DNA of 64,000 nt from Phaeosaccion multiseriatum (GCA_965112735.1 OZ218952.1:3906001-3970000), one strand, 5' to 3'. Shown: positions 51,143-64,000, counted from the stretch's first letter. The notes: generated from the letters alone by a model not told the origin. Numbers and translations: made by a program.

Positions 51143-52563
51143 CTCCTCCTCCTCCTCCTCCTCCTCCTCCTCCTCCTCCTCCTCCTCCTCCTCCTCCTCC
51201 TCCTCCTCCTCGACCCATCTGCACCACCATTTTCTCCCTCTCTGCCCAAGCCACACGAGCCAAGGTGGTAAAGAAGGCCTCCCCCGGGTGATGTAGGCTA
51301 TAGTCCCTGAGCAACCTCCACAGCGCCACCAAGCCCACGGCGCTCCCCTCTCTCTCCAACCGCTCCACCAGCGCTCTGAAGGTGCGCATGGCAGGAGCCA
51401 CACCGCTACCGACCATGTCCTCAAGTGTATCGAGAACCTCCCGTATGTCTCCGTGCTCCACTTGGAGACTGATGAGGCAGCTCCAGCACGCCTGCGAGGG
51501 CACCACCTCTTTTGCCTCGATCGCTCGTCCCGTCTCTATCGCTTGTCCTCCTCCCGCTGCTCGTCGTCGTCGTCCTGCTGCTGCTGGTGCCTGCCGTCTT
51601 CCTACTGCTGCATCATCACCACCTGCTGTATCGTCTGGGTTCTCTTGAAAGAAGGGCGTGCCCTCTCGCATCTCTTCAAAGACTGCCCTCCCTGTGCGGA
51701 GATCCTGCGCGTCGACGCAAAGCTTCATGAGTATGTTGTAGGCGGCCTCAGGCGGGCCCCCTCGCTGCTGCTCGGTCAGCTGACCATTCTTCAGCGCCGG
51801 AGGACGCTGTAGGCGATACCGAGTAGTCGTGCGAATGTCCTTCCCCCTACGCCCCTCTCCTCCTTGTCGTCCTCCTTTCTGCTCGTTTCCTTTCCCATCT
51901 CCTCTTACTGCTTGACGGGGTTTTTCCAGTGCCGCAAACAGCCGCTCTTCCTCTGCTGCTGTCTTGGGCCACTGGCCTTTTAGCCTCATTGCCTCGCGTA
52001 GTCTGCTCTGGGGTGTGGTGCGACTGTTACTGTCACTCGCCTCGCTCGCAGCGACGATGCGATTGAGAGGCTGGAGGTAGAGAACGTTACGGAGCGACAC
52101 GGTTTCCGCAAGACTCCTTTTGCTCCCGTTGGCGCCTGTCTCACCCCCCCCTCCCCCTCCTCCTCCCTCTCCTCTCCCTCCTCCTCCTCCGCTTACTCCC
52201 CTCTTGCGTCGATCAGGGAAGCTGAAGCGACTAACATCATCGAGTCGAATCTCGCCACCATAAGCTTCACTAGTAGTGGGGCGGCGACGGACACCACGTA
52301 CGGAAGAAGAGGATGCCGGTTGCTGCGCCAATGACTCATTCCACTTCTCATGATACTGAGCGCGGTCAGAGTGGTATTGGCGATACTGATGGCCGCGGCG
52401 GTGGCGGTGGTGGTGGTGGTGGTGGTGGTGGGCGTGATAGGGTATACGGGGCTGTAGCTGCCGCGGGAAGGAAACTACCTCATCCATCAACATCTGTCGC
52501 ACCAACGTGCCCTCCAGGCCTGCTACTTCTTCTCCTCCTTCCACTCCCAGCTTCTGCTGCTGC

Positions 52564-52599
<36 letters not shown>

Positions 52600-52766
52600 T
52601 GGTGCTGCAGACGGTCCTGCTGATAGTAGTGGTGGCGATTGCTGCCCTCGTTGGAGATGCATCCGCAGCAATGCGGTGGAAGATTTGCTGGTGCTCCCCT
52701 CTCTCTCCTTCCTCGACTGACGTGCAAGCCAAGGCTCCTGCGCCGTACCTCCCTCAGAAGCCTCAT
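46497..52766 (-). CDS. PRORP: Protein-only RNase P (PRORP), ~1236 aa; exons 52766-51027, 50879-50397, 50232-50095, 49706-49557, 49253-48813, 47847-47724, 47447-47247, 46930-46497
   Basis: PPR repeats (AYNILMKLC..GRAVFEEMRE; CWSCLI..LEDMVGSGVAP), Zn site (CSCC, WHCP, WLC), and NYN nuclease motifs VDAANVG, LDDYLW and ITNDRMADH. The N-terminus is Arg-rich. Confidence 0.92.
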
Positions 52767-52939
52767 GTACTATGAGCAGAAGGTGATGTCCAATGCAGAG
52801 GCGGCCTGCTGTTTTTTCTTTCTCTCTGTATCTACGACTGTATGGTGGCGGCATCCCATCCCTCGTTGCCTAAAAGTAAAGCTCGAACTTTCAATTCCCC
52901 CCCCCGCCTCGACAACTTGGCCTGGAGCATCTCTCTCTC

Positions 52940-53844
52940 ATGTCCAGAGCAATGAGGTAAGGATCAAGGATTTCCCTTGATACATATTGTACCACCTGAT
53001 CCTCTAAATACATCTCCTCCGTTGTCGCTCTCACAACACCCCTTCTCCTTCTCATCCCCTCCTTTGCTTGCAGCGCTCAACTCTTGAGGGCTCCTCTATG
53101 CCGCTCGGGGGGTATCTCTCGATGCCTAGGTGGCTCAACGTCCGCGCTCTTGACCAGCAGCAGCAAGCAGGCACTGCAACAGCAGGAGCGACGGTATAAC
53201 CGTCGGCACTGTCTACAGCAACAGCACCAGCCATTGTACGAGGGAAGTGGTGGGAGTGGTAGTGTAGGCTTCATGTCCTTGTCCTCGGTATCAAGGGTAG
53301 GAGGTGGTGGCTTATACAGCAACGCCAGCAGGAGGAGTATCAGCGGCGGCTTCATCGGCAGCAACTCCAGCAGACGGCAAATGTCGTCAATAGTGGACAA
53401 GATTCAGTCTAAATTAGAGCAGAGGAATACCAAAAAGCAAGGCGACTCCTTCCGCACGCAGCTCAGGGCCATGCGCGATGCAGACAAGTACGATCTTGGA
53501 GACTTCCTCGCCACCCTGGACCAGGAGAGCGGATGGTGGCAGAAGGTACGAGTATGTGTATGCTGGTTGCAATACCTCTATGCCTGTACCTCTACCTGTA
53601 TCTGGACCTGGTTTTTGCCTATTTTATATGTAGTAAGCATGGCATGACTCTCTCTTCCCTTCCTTCCTGACTACCAGGTACCAGGGCTGAACAAGCTCGG
53701 AGGAGGGGAGCAGATGCAGAGAAACAGGGCCATTCTCAATGTGAGTAGGGAAGGGAGGATTAGTGACGCTGCGAACAGGCACTACAGACAGAGAGAGATA
53801 GAGAGGTTTGGATGTGACAGGAGACAGAGGAATGAATAGCCGCT

Positions 53845-53875
<31 letters not shown>

Positions 53876-54703
53876 CACAGCAGAGGCCAAATTGGACTCG
53901 ACGGCGCGAGACATTCGCTGAAGTCCACGGCCACCCCGCAGCACTTTCACTGCGTCCACCCCTCACACTTGATTGTCCTCTGCCCTTTTGTTCTCTCTTT
54001 TCACACTTCGCTGGCCCGCGGCTCGCTCACTCGCTCACTCGCTCACTCACTCACTCACTCACTCACTCACTCACTCACTCACTCACTCACTCACTCACTC
54101 ACTCACTCACTCACTCACTCACTTACTCAGAGCATTCACTCACCCACTCACTCACCCACCCACTCACTCACTCACTCACTCACTCACTACACTCATTTTC
54201 CCTTTCTCTGTGTTGTCTCTGTCTCCGGGCGTCGTCAGGCCTTTACCGAAGAGGAGAGGGCTGACCCTTCCCTCATCCACGGGGGCGTCAGAAAGCGCGT
54301 TGCGGAAACGTCGGGCGAGGTGAGGTGTGATGTGCGTGTCTTGTTCGTTGCCGCGGCGGTGATCCTTCGTGATCCTTCGTTTGCCGTGGGGTGAACGTGT
54401 CTCTTCCTCCCCCCCTACCCAAACAAGCGCAACCACAGCTTCTGATCTCGGCCCTTTGACCTTGGCCCACCAACCCCACAGCCTGAGGAGCAAGTGGCGC
54501 ACGTTCTGGAAAATTTCCGCCAAGCGAATGCCATCTACAACTGGATCCAAGCACGCAAGAAGAAGGGCGAGCGTATCCCCAAGAGTATGGGCGAATTCAA
54601 CTTCCTTTCCACCAAGCCGGGCCAGACCAGGCTGGCGCAATTCATCAACGGAGGGGAGAGGGGGGCCATGAAGCAGCAGCGCAGTAGGAAGAGGATGTTT
54701 TGA
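52940..54703 (+). CDS. SRP54/Ffh M-domain-only protein with a predicted mitochondrial presequence (mL105-like), ~284 aa; exons 52940-52956, 53074-53545, 53678-53740, 54239-54319, 54482-54703
   Basis: YDLGDFLATL..KVPGL..AILNAFTEEERADPSLIHGGVRKRVAETSG..EQVAHVLENF mirrors Ffh FDLNDFxEQL..LPG..AIINSMTxxERxxPxxIxxSRKRRIAxGxG..xEVxxLLKQF. There is no NG GTPase domain, and the N-terminus is R/S-rich and acid-poor. Confidence 0.8.
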
Positions 54704-55907
54704 TTTCCGATTTGCTCCCTCCCCTCCCCTCCCCTCCCTCCCTTCCTCCCTCCCTCTCTCCCTTCCCCCTTTCCTCCCCTCCTTCGTACCCTCCTTCCTC
54801 CTTCTATCCCTGCCTTCCTCGCCCTGCCCCCCCCCTCCCGCCCCTCCGTCCCTCCCTCACAAGAGACTTGAAAAAAACAAAAAACACTTCAGTAAATAGT
54901 ACTAGTACGTAGTAGGAAGGAGGAGTATGAAAAAGTTCGCTTCAACCCACGGCATTCTCTCTTGCAAGGTATAATGATGAGCGGTGGGATGGGCTCGTAC
55001 AAAGCCGAACGCGTCCGCGGTACGAGCCCATCGAGATCCAAGTGGAGTTGGGGTTTGGTGATAGGGTGTACCCAAAATAGAGGGGTACAACCACACAAGA
55101 CAAAAAAGCAAGAGGCTGGGTTTGTAGTATATTATCCGTTCCAGCAGGTACGTACGTATATGGCGAGTCCAAGTCCAATAAAACTTTTTTCTAACTTTTT
55201 TAAGTAGTGATAGTCCCTTCTATACGCCTCTAGGCCCTTCCTGTTGGGTTGCGCTCCAGCCATGCACTGCCCTGACCTCTCTCTCTCTCCTCTCGGCCAC
55301 CATTCGATGGGACAGAAGACGGGGGAGGCCTACAAACAACACACAACCTCTTTTTCTATCAACCCCCCCCCCCTTTGCTTGCACCAAGTCGACAAGAAAA
55401 GCCCAAAAAAAACCCTGTCTTGTGTACCTATTCACTCTAAGCCGCCGCCAATTTGGCTCGCTCGCCCCTTGCCCGCACTGAGCTCCAGAAAAAAGCCTCC
55501 TCTGTCCGGTCCATCATACTCCCACCCCCACTCTGCCTCTAAACCTGTCTGTCTTGTCTTCCTCCTCCTGCCCTCCCCCCCCCCCCGGTCCTCAACCCCT
55601 TCTCCTCCTCCTCCTCCTCCTCCCTCCCTCCTCCTTGCAGCTAAGTGCACGAAGGCAGTCAAGTGAAGAAAAGAAGTCCAGTGAAGCCCCCTTTTGACGG
55701 CGCCAAGGAAACTAGGCATCCATCCTCGCCCAGCGGCGAGAAACTGTTGCTGTTGGGATGAAAGTGGTGGAGACTGTCTGCCGTCCTCCCCCCCCCCCCC
55801 ACCCCATCTCTCCTTCTCTGCAGCCAGACTCCGGAGTAAAATGTGCTCAAACGTGGGTGTGTGTACGTGGAGCATGTAGATGTGTGGGCAACTGAAGTTG
55901 CTCACAA

Positions 55908-57693
55908 TTAACCCTCCAGGGCGGCGGCACCTGCGAGGGGGTGAGGAGAGGGGACAAAAGAGCAACAGAGGGAAAGAGTCAGTACACTCAGTTTGTGTGA
56001 CAGGCAAGAAAAAAAAATCGGGTCGCGTAACAAAATCGAAACGACGAAGGCACCAGAGAGACAAGAAAAACAAGTACCAACCCACCCGCCCCACAACAAG
56101 ACTCGAGAGTAACACACAAGTACGCCAAAAAGTACGCACGCACCTGCCACAATCTCCATCAGCTCCTGCGTGACGGAGGCCTGTCGGGCGCGGTTGAAGG
56201 TGGCGGACATCTCATCCACAAGCTTGGAGGCATTGTCCGAGGCAGACTGCATGGCCTGCATTCGGGCGGCAAGCTCGGAGGCCACGGACTCCTGCAGGAC
56301 TCGGAGCATCTGTCCGTCGAGGTAGAGGGGCAGCATGTAGTTGAGGATGGAGATGGGGTCCTGCTCAAACTGGAAGTCCGGGGTAATTTCCATCTTGTCT
56401 CCCTTGGGCACGGGCTCGCGGTTGACGCTGAACTTTCCGTCCTTGGAGGTGAGCATGAAAATCTCGTCACCCTCCATTTCAATTCCACGGATGGTCAGGG
56501 GCAGGAGGGTACGGATGGATGGGTCGGAGGAGATGAGCGAGTTGAAGCGTGTGTAAATGAGCTCCACCGAGTCCGTCTCGCCGGAGAGGTAGTCGTTGAG
56601 CAGCTCCTGGGAGATGGCGGAGGCAACCTTGGCGTTGGGGTTTTGGGTGCACTCGAACGATCGCACGATGTTGGTCTCGCGCCTCTTGAAGTACTGAATC
56701 ACCTTCTTGCCGATGGTGATGAGCTCCACCTTTTTATTCACACGGAATTGTAATTCAAAACAGGTATGACAAGGAAAGGATTGGTTAATTTCGGGAGGAT
56801 TGGTTGCACATGCCGGAAATTAGGGTAGGTATCCGGCAATCGATTTGGGGGGGGGGGTGAGTTGTACGTTACATACACGTTAACGTTACATGTGACTAGA
56901 TGAGAGATTGGGGGGACAAACACAAAAATGCGGCATCGAGTGTACTAAACCTCCTGTGGGACCGAGAAGGATTCAGAATGGGTGGAGTGGGTAACGCTTG
57001 AATGGGTCCGCCAACCAGACCAGAACCAAGGAAGAGACAACAGCAGAGCAAAGAGAAAAGAGAGCGGCAGCGGAAAAAAGGGAACCAGCACCAACACAGG
57101 CACTTGCTTCCGAAAAAAACTCCTTCAAGCTCTTGCTCCTCCTCCTTCAAGCTCACCTCAAGTCCCTGATCCTTGAGCTCCTTGATACGCTGCTCAGTCT
57201 TCTTGATCGCGTACGAGTTGTACGCTCCGCACAGACCACGGTCTCCTGCTACCGTCACCAACAACACGTGCTTCACCTCCCTCTGCTCCAGCAGGGGCAG
57301 GTCCAAGTCCTCCTTCTGCAGCTGCCCAACGAGAGCACCAAACAGACCCTGCAGGCACTCCGAGAATGGTCGCGTCTTAAGCACAGCGTCTTGTGCCCTT
57401 CGCACCTTGGCTGCTGCCACCAGCTTCATGGCCGTGGTGATCTTCTTTGTGTTCTTGACGGTATCAATGCGCTCCTTCAGCTCGTTACTCTTGCCGTCCA
57501 TCGTAATCGTCCCCCGCACTGTCCTGGTACCCCTGGTGCTTCCGCCTGTCAGGTCGTTCATCCTTTCTACTACGTTCGCTCGGGCATACATGCTCGTCTG
57601 GGAGATTGTGGGAGTGAACTGGAAAGCATCGGAGGTGCCCACCATGACAGCCGCTGCTGCCACCACCGCTACACTTCGCTTCATGAAAACCAT
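55908..57693 (-). CDS. atpC: Plastid ATP synthase gamma subunit, 381 aa; exons 57693-57157, 56729-56144, 55930-55908
   Basis: KITTAMKLVAAAKVRRAQ, GDRGLCGAYN, ASELAARM.AM.SASDNA and ITQEL-like VTQELMEIVAGA. Bipartite targeting: hydrophobic signal peptide then SDA-FQF. Confidence 0.97.
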
Positions 57694-59043
57694 CGTTGCC
57701 TAACACTAGAAGAAGCTGCTACCGTAAGGCCCTGTGTGATGGATGGGCGCAACGCAAAGAGGTAAAGGGAGGGTATGGACGGCGCATACGTGAGGGAAGT
57801 GGCGTTGGGAGGTGGCGGACAGAACGCCGCCATTCCAGCGCATGCAAGCCCGTGCGACGACCCCCTTTGGCCCCGAGGATCTCAACTTCATGCTGCTTCC
57901 TCCTACTGCTGCTGCAGTTCCCCTCTACTCATTGGAGGCAGTTGAATTGAATAAGGAAGAAACGATTACGCACGGCATTTGCAGTCCACAGAAAGCGTGT
58001 GGAGCAAGCACTTGCAGTACTGAGCGGCAAGCCTGAGGGCAGAAGACAACTCTACTGGGACGAACAATGCACATACTTATGAAAACATTGCAACCCACCT
58101 GTCTCTCTCCTTTTGTGTAAGCGAGCCTGAGGTTGGGGGAGGCAGATTGTCGGCACGTTCGGGGGCGGGAGAACGCGGTGAGAAAAGCAATGCAAGCAGC
58201 AGCATCGGGTCAGGGGTATAGAATCCAGCGGCAAATCCAACACAGCCATCCTCGCCATCCCCACGCACCTCGACCAGCTGAGAAGGGCAGTGCTGAGGAA
58301 CCTGATCCACACCTTTTTTGGCTCAAGCATACAAACGCCCCCGGGGGGTGATTTCGGCTGGGGCCTGCGTGTCGCGCCTGGAGAAGTGGAGTCATATTAT
58401 TATTCTTTCGTGAAAAACGCCTTGGCAAGGCCGCAAAACTTGTTGACGGCCTCTGGGCATTTTGTATAGCCACCCGTAAAAGGTATATCGTTGTGAGGCA
58501 CTAAGCAGGCAGCTCAAGAGCGTATTAGGGATAACTAAAAGAGCTAAAGCGACGCCGGATCACGGACGATACGAAAATTACCGACGCTTTGACTAGCGGA
58601 CTTACTTCCCTTTCCCCCCCCTTCCGTATAGCGTTCGCACTGATGGTGTAGCGCGGCACACATGCATACCCTTTGCCCCACTCCTATACTCCTCTCCAAT
58701 CCAACTTGTACGGAATAGATAGAGGTTGAGGGAACCTGAACCTTCTGTACAGCGCCTAGTTCTTCAGGGTAGGGCGGAGCCCGTGACAAGCAAAGCCCTC
58801 CCCACCCCACCCTGGGCTATTCCACGTCTCTACTGAGCTCGCACCTCTCTGTGCCCCCCCCCCCCCCCCGCCCCTTGAGTTCTCCGTCATCCCCTCCGCC
58901 TCCTTTTCAAACCGCTTGACCGCGACTGCTACCCCCACCCCTCGCATAGGGATACTTGCAGCGAAGGTCTAGTCGCAGCCAGAGCCTGTCAATCACAACT
59001 CTTCCTGACCTCTTCGCGCAGCCTGGACCTCTCTGTCGCAACT

Positions 59044-62000
59044 CTATCTGACCTCATCCGTCAGTTTCGCCGATGAGTCTCCAGAAGCCGCTACCGCAGT
59101 TGGTGGTACAGCAGCAGCCGGAGCAGCAGCAGAGGCAGTAGCAGAGGCTGTGGCAGCAGAAGTGGTAGCAGCAGGAGGAGGCTCTCTCTGAACAGAGGAC
59201 GATTCTTTGCTGCCGCTGTCTGGTGCTGCCCCTTCACCCCCCTTCTCCTTCGGTGCTGACTCTGTCCCTGATGCACCTCCTTCTGTCTGCCCTTGCTCCA
59301 AGCCTCCGGCCCCATCAGTGCCCTTCTCGCCCGCCGCTTGCCCGTCCCGATTCGCCTCTGCTTCCTTCACGTTGATGGTCGAATAACGCTGCTCGGAGTC
59401 CGCTGCTGCTGCCTCCTCCCCCGCGGCACCCTTCTCCTCCACCCCCATCCCCTCTCCTCCAGCGGTCGGACCTGCCGGAGCCTTTGTTGTTGAAGGCGCC
59501 TCCTTCTCCTCCCCCGCCCCCTCCTCTCCCCTGCCTGGCTCCTCCCCGCCCTCCCGCTTGACAGCAGCACCTGCTGAAGGCTCACCCTCGCCGAGGCTCT
59601 CGTCACACGTCCCCCCATGTGGGGCCTTGCCTTCTCCTCTCGGAGAACCTGCTGCTTGCCCCCCCCCCTCCCCTCCTTCTCCTTCCCCTCGCTGCTGCTT
59701 CCCTCCCTTGGCCTTGGCACCAGCCGGCCCGGCGGTGCCTTTCGCCTTAGCGTCGGTAGTGGGGCTATTACTATTACCGGAGGATGATGCCGCCTTGTCG
59801 GCCTTGGCCTTTTTCACTCCCTTGGCCTGAAAGAGTAGCAACAAGAGGGAAGCAACAACAACAGTGATGTGAGTGAGAGAGCGAGGGAGTGAATGAGTGA
59901 GTGAGTGAGTGAGTGAGTGAGTGAGTGAGTTGAGTGGGCGGGTGAGTGAGAGGGTGGGGTGAGTGAGTGAGGAATTGGGTTGGTGAGTGGGAGGATAACT
60001 GGGTGCGTGGGTGAGTGGGTGAGTGGGGGGGTGTGGGCGAGTGAGTCCTCCCCCGATAGCTAGGTACGTATTGTAGCAGGTATCCTTACCTTTGGGGGCG
60101 CTTTGTAGTATGTCGGATCCAAGAGGTCTGGATTGTCAGCGAGAGAGGCCCAGCACTGCCAGCGGTACAGAGCAGGGTCCATGGACAAGCTCTCGGTGGC
60201 GGTGGCGGTGGACCCGGTGGTGGTACGCGCACGCTTGCGGCACTCCAGCCACTGCGGTCAGCACAGCAGTCAATACAGAGTGATACAGCACAGCATAAGC
60301 AATAGCAAAGGGCATTGGTGCGAATCTTACATCTCGCCGCTCTACCAGCCACCCATCCACCCCTCTTCCCACAACACCCTCACCTTGCATGGGGCCTGCA
60401 GCGTGTACGTGGTGAGCTCGCTCGGGACAGTGTGGCGGCGAGTGAGATCGTTCGAATGGTCCCCATCAGTAGCAGCATTTCCGTCCTCATCCTTCTTGCC
60501 GTCCTCTTTCACAGCCTGCTCCTCTGTGTCCATCTTGTCTTCTTCTGCCTCCTCCTCGACCTTGCCACCCACTGCCTTCCCCTCCTTCTCCTTCTCCTTC
60601 TCTGCTGCTATTTCCATATCAACGCCGTTGGGCAGCGCTGCCTCTTCTCCGCCTTCTGCTCCTCTTTCTCCCTCCTTCTTCTCCCCCCCTTCCTCTCCCT
60701 CCTCCTCCACCTCCTCTACCTTGCCCCTGAGTGCCTCCAGCTGCGCCTCTAGACCGGTGAAATACCCCTGGTAGATTGAAGACGCCTCACAGCGCTCATT
60801 CCAGCAGAAGCGATCGCCATTCTGCGAAGCAAAGGAGGGGAAGAGAAGGGAAGGGGAAGACATGAGAAAGTCTGTCTAATGGAAGTCTTGAACTCTTCAT
60901 GCCCCCCCCCCCCGCCCCTCTGTCTGTATCCACTCGACTGGCATTTGACCAATTACAATCACAGCCCAAAAAAAAACTCAAACTCAAAACTAAGAGTACA
61001 CTCCCTTCCTCCCTCACTCACCATAGTCTCTACGAAGCACACGTCGCACCGCACAGGGGCGGGGTCAACGCTGAGGTCGATCTCCTCATCGTCGCAGTAC
61101 TCGTCTCTGTCCCTCGCATAGGGGAGCAGCTGCTGGGCCCAGAAGGCGAGGTTGGTACGGTCTTTAGCCTTTTGGATGCGCTCTTCCCAGCGTCGCCGGT
61201 GCAGTTCTTTTTCCTTCATAGCGTCGTTCTTTGAGTTGAGAGAAGCGGACAGAGAAAGAGAGAGGGGAGAGAAAGAGAGAGAAGGCACAGAGGGGGAGGG
61301 AGGGAGAGAGTAAGAGAGAGGTTGAGAAGGAATAGGAGAGAGAGAGCCGCAAACACACACACACAGACGCACACGCCACACAGACAGACGCGCAAAAAAC
61401 ACACACATGCACAAAACCCAAACTTACATGCTTAATCTGCTCCCTTCTGGCCGCTGCTGATGCATCGTCCGCCGCTCCTGCTGCCGAGGTAATGGACGCC
61501 TCCTCTGCTTCGCCCTGCGCTCCTTCTCTAGTGGGGCTACGGCCCCGGCTTCCCGTGGCAGGTTTCCGTGGGGTATCCTCCTTGTCGCCCTTGTCTCCGC
61601 CCCCCGACCCACCACCGCGATCCCCTCCCGCCCCCCCTCCTGCTCCGGCTCCTGCTGCTCCGGCTCCTCCCCCCCCTCCTCCGGCTCCTCGCCCTCCACC
61701 CCCACCCCCCCCTCCTCCTCCTCCTCCTCCCCCTCCTTCATCTCCTCCCCCTCCTCCCCCTCCTCCCCCTCCGGTACCTCCGCGCCCTCCCCCGTCGTCC
61801 CCTCCCTCCCCTCCTGCAGCTCCTCCACCTCCGCCTGCCGCTGCTGAAGCCTTCTTTATCTTTTCCGATGTGTCCCTCTTCATGCCTTCCTTCTCCCCCA
61901 GCAACCCACCACTTCCCCCACCGCCGCCGCCACCACTGCCACAGCTGCTCCTCTTCGGCTCTCTTTCTTCTCCATCCTGGTCGCCTTCGTCAGCCCCCCC

Positions 62001-62168
62001 TCTCTCTCTCTTCCGAGAAGGACCATTGGTACCCTTCTTCTTCGAGTCTCCTTCGGTTTCACTCCTTGAGCTGGATCGGGATCTCCTCGTGCCCCTCGTA
62101 ACAGCCCCTCCCCCCGTGCTGCTACTACTGGTGCTCGTGGTGCGAGGAGCGTCCTCTCCTCCCTCTGC

Positions 62169-62202
<34 letters not shown>

Positions 62203-63555
62203 GCTCCTGCTGCTGCTCCCTTTCTGCCCTTGCTGGTACCGCCACTTTTCTCCGATACTTTCCCATCCGAAGCTTCATCAGACCCGGCTCTTCCTTTCCC
62301 CCCTCCTCCTTCTTCGTCCTCCTCTTGCTCATTTCCTCCTCCTTCCTCTTTCTCTCCTCCTTCCTCTCCTCCTCCTCCTCCTCCTTCCTGTTCTTCTTCT
62401 CCTCCTTCTGCCTCTGCTCCTCCTCCTCCCCCTCCTCCCCTTCCTCCTCCTCGCCCGACAGCAGCAGCGCCCCCCTCTGGCAGCTCCCAGGTGGGCGTGT
62501 ACAGACTGGGGTCGAGCTCATCCGGGTCTTTGAGCAGCAGCAGGTCCAGTTCGTAGGCCCGCTTCGCAATCTCTCCGACGACGGTTCGCAGCTGCACCCA
62601 TCCGTTACCGCTCCGCAGAACTCGTCCTGTGAGTGAGGCACAAGGAAAAGGAAAGCACACGCACACACGCAAGCACGGACGCACAGACGCACGCACGCAA
62701 GAGAGAGAGACGGGGTGGGCCATCTTCAGCACAGCACCGTTGCACGGCCCAAAGGGAGGGGGAGTACAGGCGGTGCTGCTACTACTACTCAAATCACCAG
62801 CTGCTACTGCTCTCAAAACTATTGACGTTACTCTGCTACTACTACTACTACTCCTACTACTCCTACTACTCCTCTACCACTATTCCTACTACTACTCCTA
62901 CTCCTACTACTACTCCTTCTTCTACTACTACTACTACTACTACTACTGCTGCTGCTGCTACAGGCACGGGTCTTCCTACCCACCCATCCACCTGCCATCC
63001 CACCCATCCATCCTACCTGGATGCCCCATGAGGCGCCCCGAGGTGATGCGCACGACCTTCCCCACCCAACTGTCTGCATCCAAAGAAGTCAGCGGGGCCG
63101 TCTCAATGTTGGCCTGGGGATGGGGATACGCGCACAAGAGATGCGAGATGCGAAATAGACAGATGCGGAGATGCGAAATAGATGCCAGATCGGGGGTGGG
63201 ATATTGGAGGGCAAGCGAAGGGTGTGGGACGGGAGCAGGGGAGGAGACGGTTCATTTGCAGCCATGAAGTTCCAACTAGTGGGGGAAACAGTGCGACGAC
63301 GCAGGTCCGAAACGTATCACACATGTGTAACGGCTCATATACCCATATACCTCTCCCCTCGCCCGCTCTTCGAGACAAAAGAGACAAAAGATGGCACTAA
63401 ACAATCGTCAGTATGTATGTGCCTGTCTCGCACCACTGTTACGTACCAGCTCTTTTCGGGCCTTGGCCCAGTTCGCCTCCTTGGCCTTAAATACGGGGGT
63501 AGTCTCGGCCTTGGATCCGGAGAGAGGGCGAGAACCGCGTGCCTCATCATCATCC

Positions 63556-63588
<33 letters not shown>

Positions 63589-64000
63589 CGCCCCTCCCCA
63601 CGATCATTCTCTTGCTCGTCAGCGGCGGCGGCGGTGGCACGAGAAGCAGCAGCATCGGGGCGAGAATGAGAAGCGTCCGCAATGCCATCACTGCCCCCTC
63701 CTTTCTTAGTCGGGCCTGTTGCGGCCGTGGCACCATGGCCCTCTTGGCTGTTGGGATCTGCTACTTCTTCCAACGTCGTTGTCGGGCGAGTCGAAGTAGT
63801 AACAGCCGCAGTTGGCGATACAGCAACAACAGCAGCAGCAGCGGCAGCGGTCGACATTGACGCCATCGACGCTTTGTCGGAAGCATCGGTAGTGGCAGCG
63901 GCGGCGACAAACTCTTGTGCCCTACCATCGCCCTCACCACCGTCACCGCAGCGGCAATGAAATTTGCCGCTGACGGCTCTGCCGCATTTGGCGCAACCTT
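59044..64000 (-). CDS. Large low-complexity protein with a KOW-like motif and a CxxC...CWNxxC Zn-finger-like motif; 5' part lies beyond the window; exons ..-63447, 63113-63017, 62626-61428, 61228-61022, 60821-60384, 60251-60090, 59826-59044
   Basis: WVGKVVRITSGRLMGHPGRVLRSGNGWVQL (KOW-like) and RCDVCFVETMNGDRFCWNERC are both rebuilt across phase-consistent GT-AG introns. Confidence 0.75.

Noticed and set aside
54895-55210. AT-rich island with a CTAG end (Helitron or LTR remnant?)
   Set aside because: No convincing subterminal hairpin, TIR or TSD.

Overview
Eukaryotic, GC-rich, intron- and microsatellite-rich nuclear DNA. It most likely comes from a flagellated alga with a complex red-derived plastid (ochrophyte/stramenopile type): the nuclear atpC has a signal peptide followed by an 'SDA-F' motif and lacks the redox-Cys insert, and an ENO4-like flagellar gene is present. 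Most of the supplied ORF track is microsatellite noise, so genes were rebuilt by hand from GT/GC-AG splice sites with phase checks. Recognisable genes are CAP, CENP-X/MHF2, an ENO4-like pseudo-enolase, HSP10, RPL30, RPL18A, a pseudokinase, an LRR-IQ-WW protein, PRORP, a mitochondrial-type SRP54/Ffh M-domain-only protein (mL105-like) and plastid atpC, plus three hypothetical genes. Most sit in tight head-to-head pairs. The 2.6-15.3 kb region looks accessory: it holds an orphan aminopeptidase fragment, a mosaic ~1090-aa gene with triplicated exons and a 5-kb fold-back microsatellite intron, and a MITE. The best leads are (i) a yeast-like L30e kink-turn that sequesters the RPL30 start codon, (ii) the stand-alone Ffh M-domain gene divergent from PRORP, (iii) the mosaic SIM/chromo-like/UDG-like gene, and (iv) complementary microsatellites at opposite ends of introns. 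All domain calls come from visual motif recognition; no database search was run.
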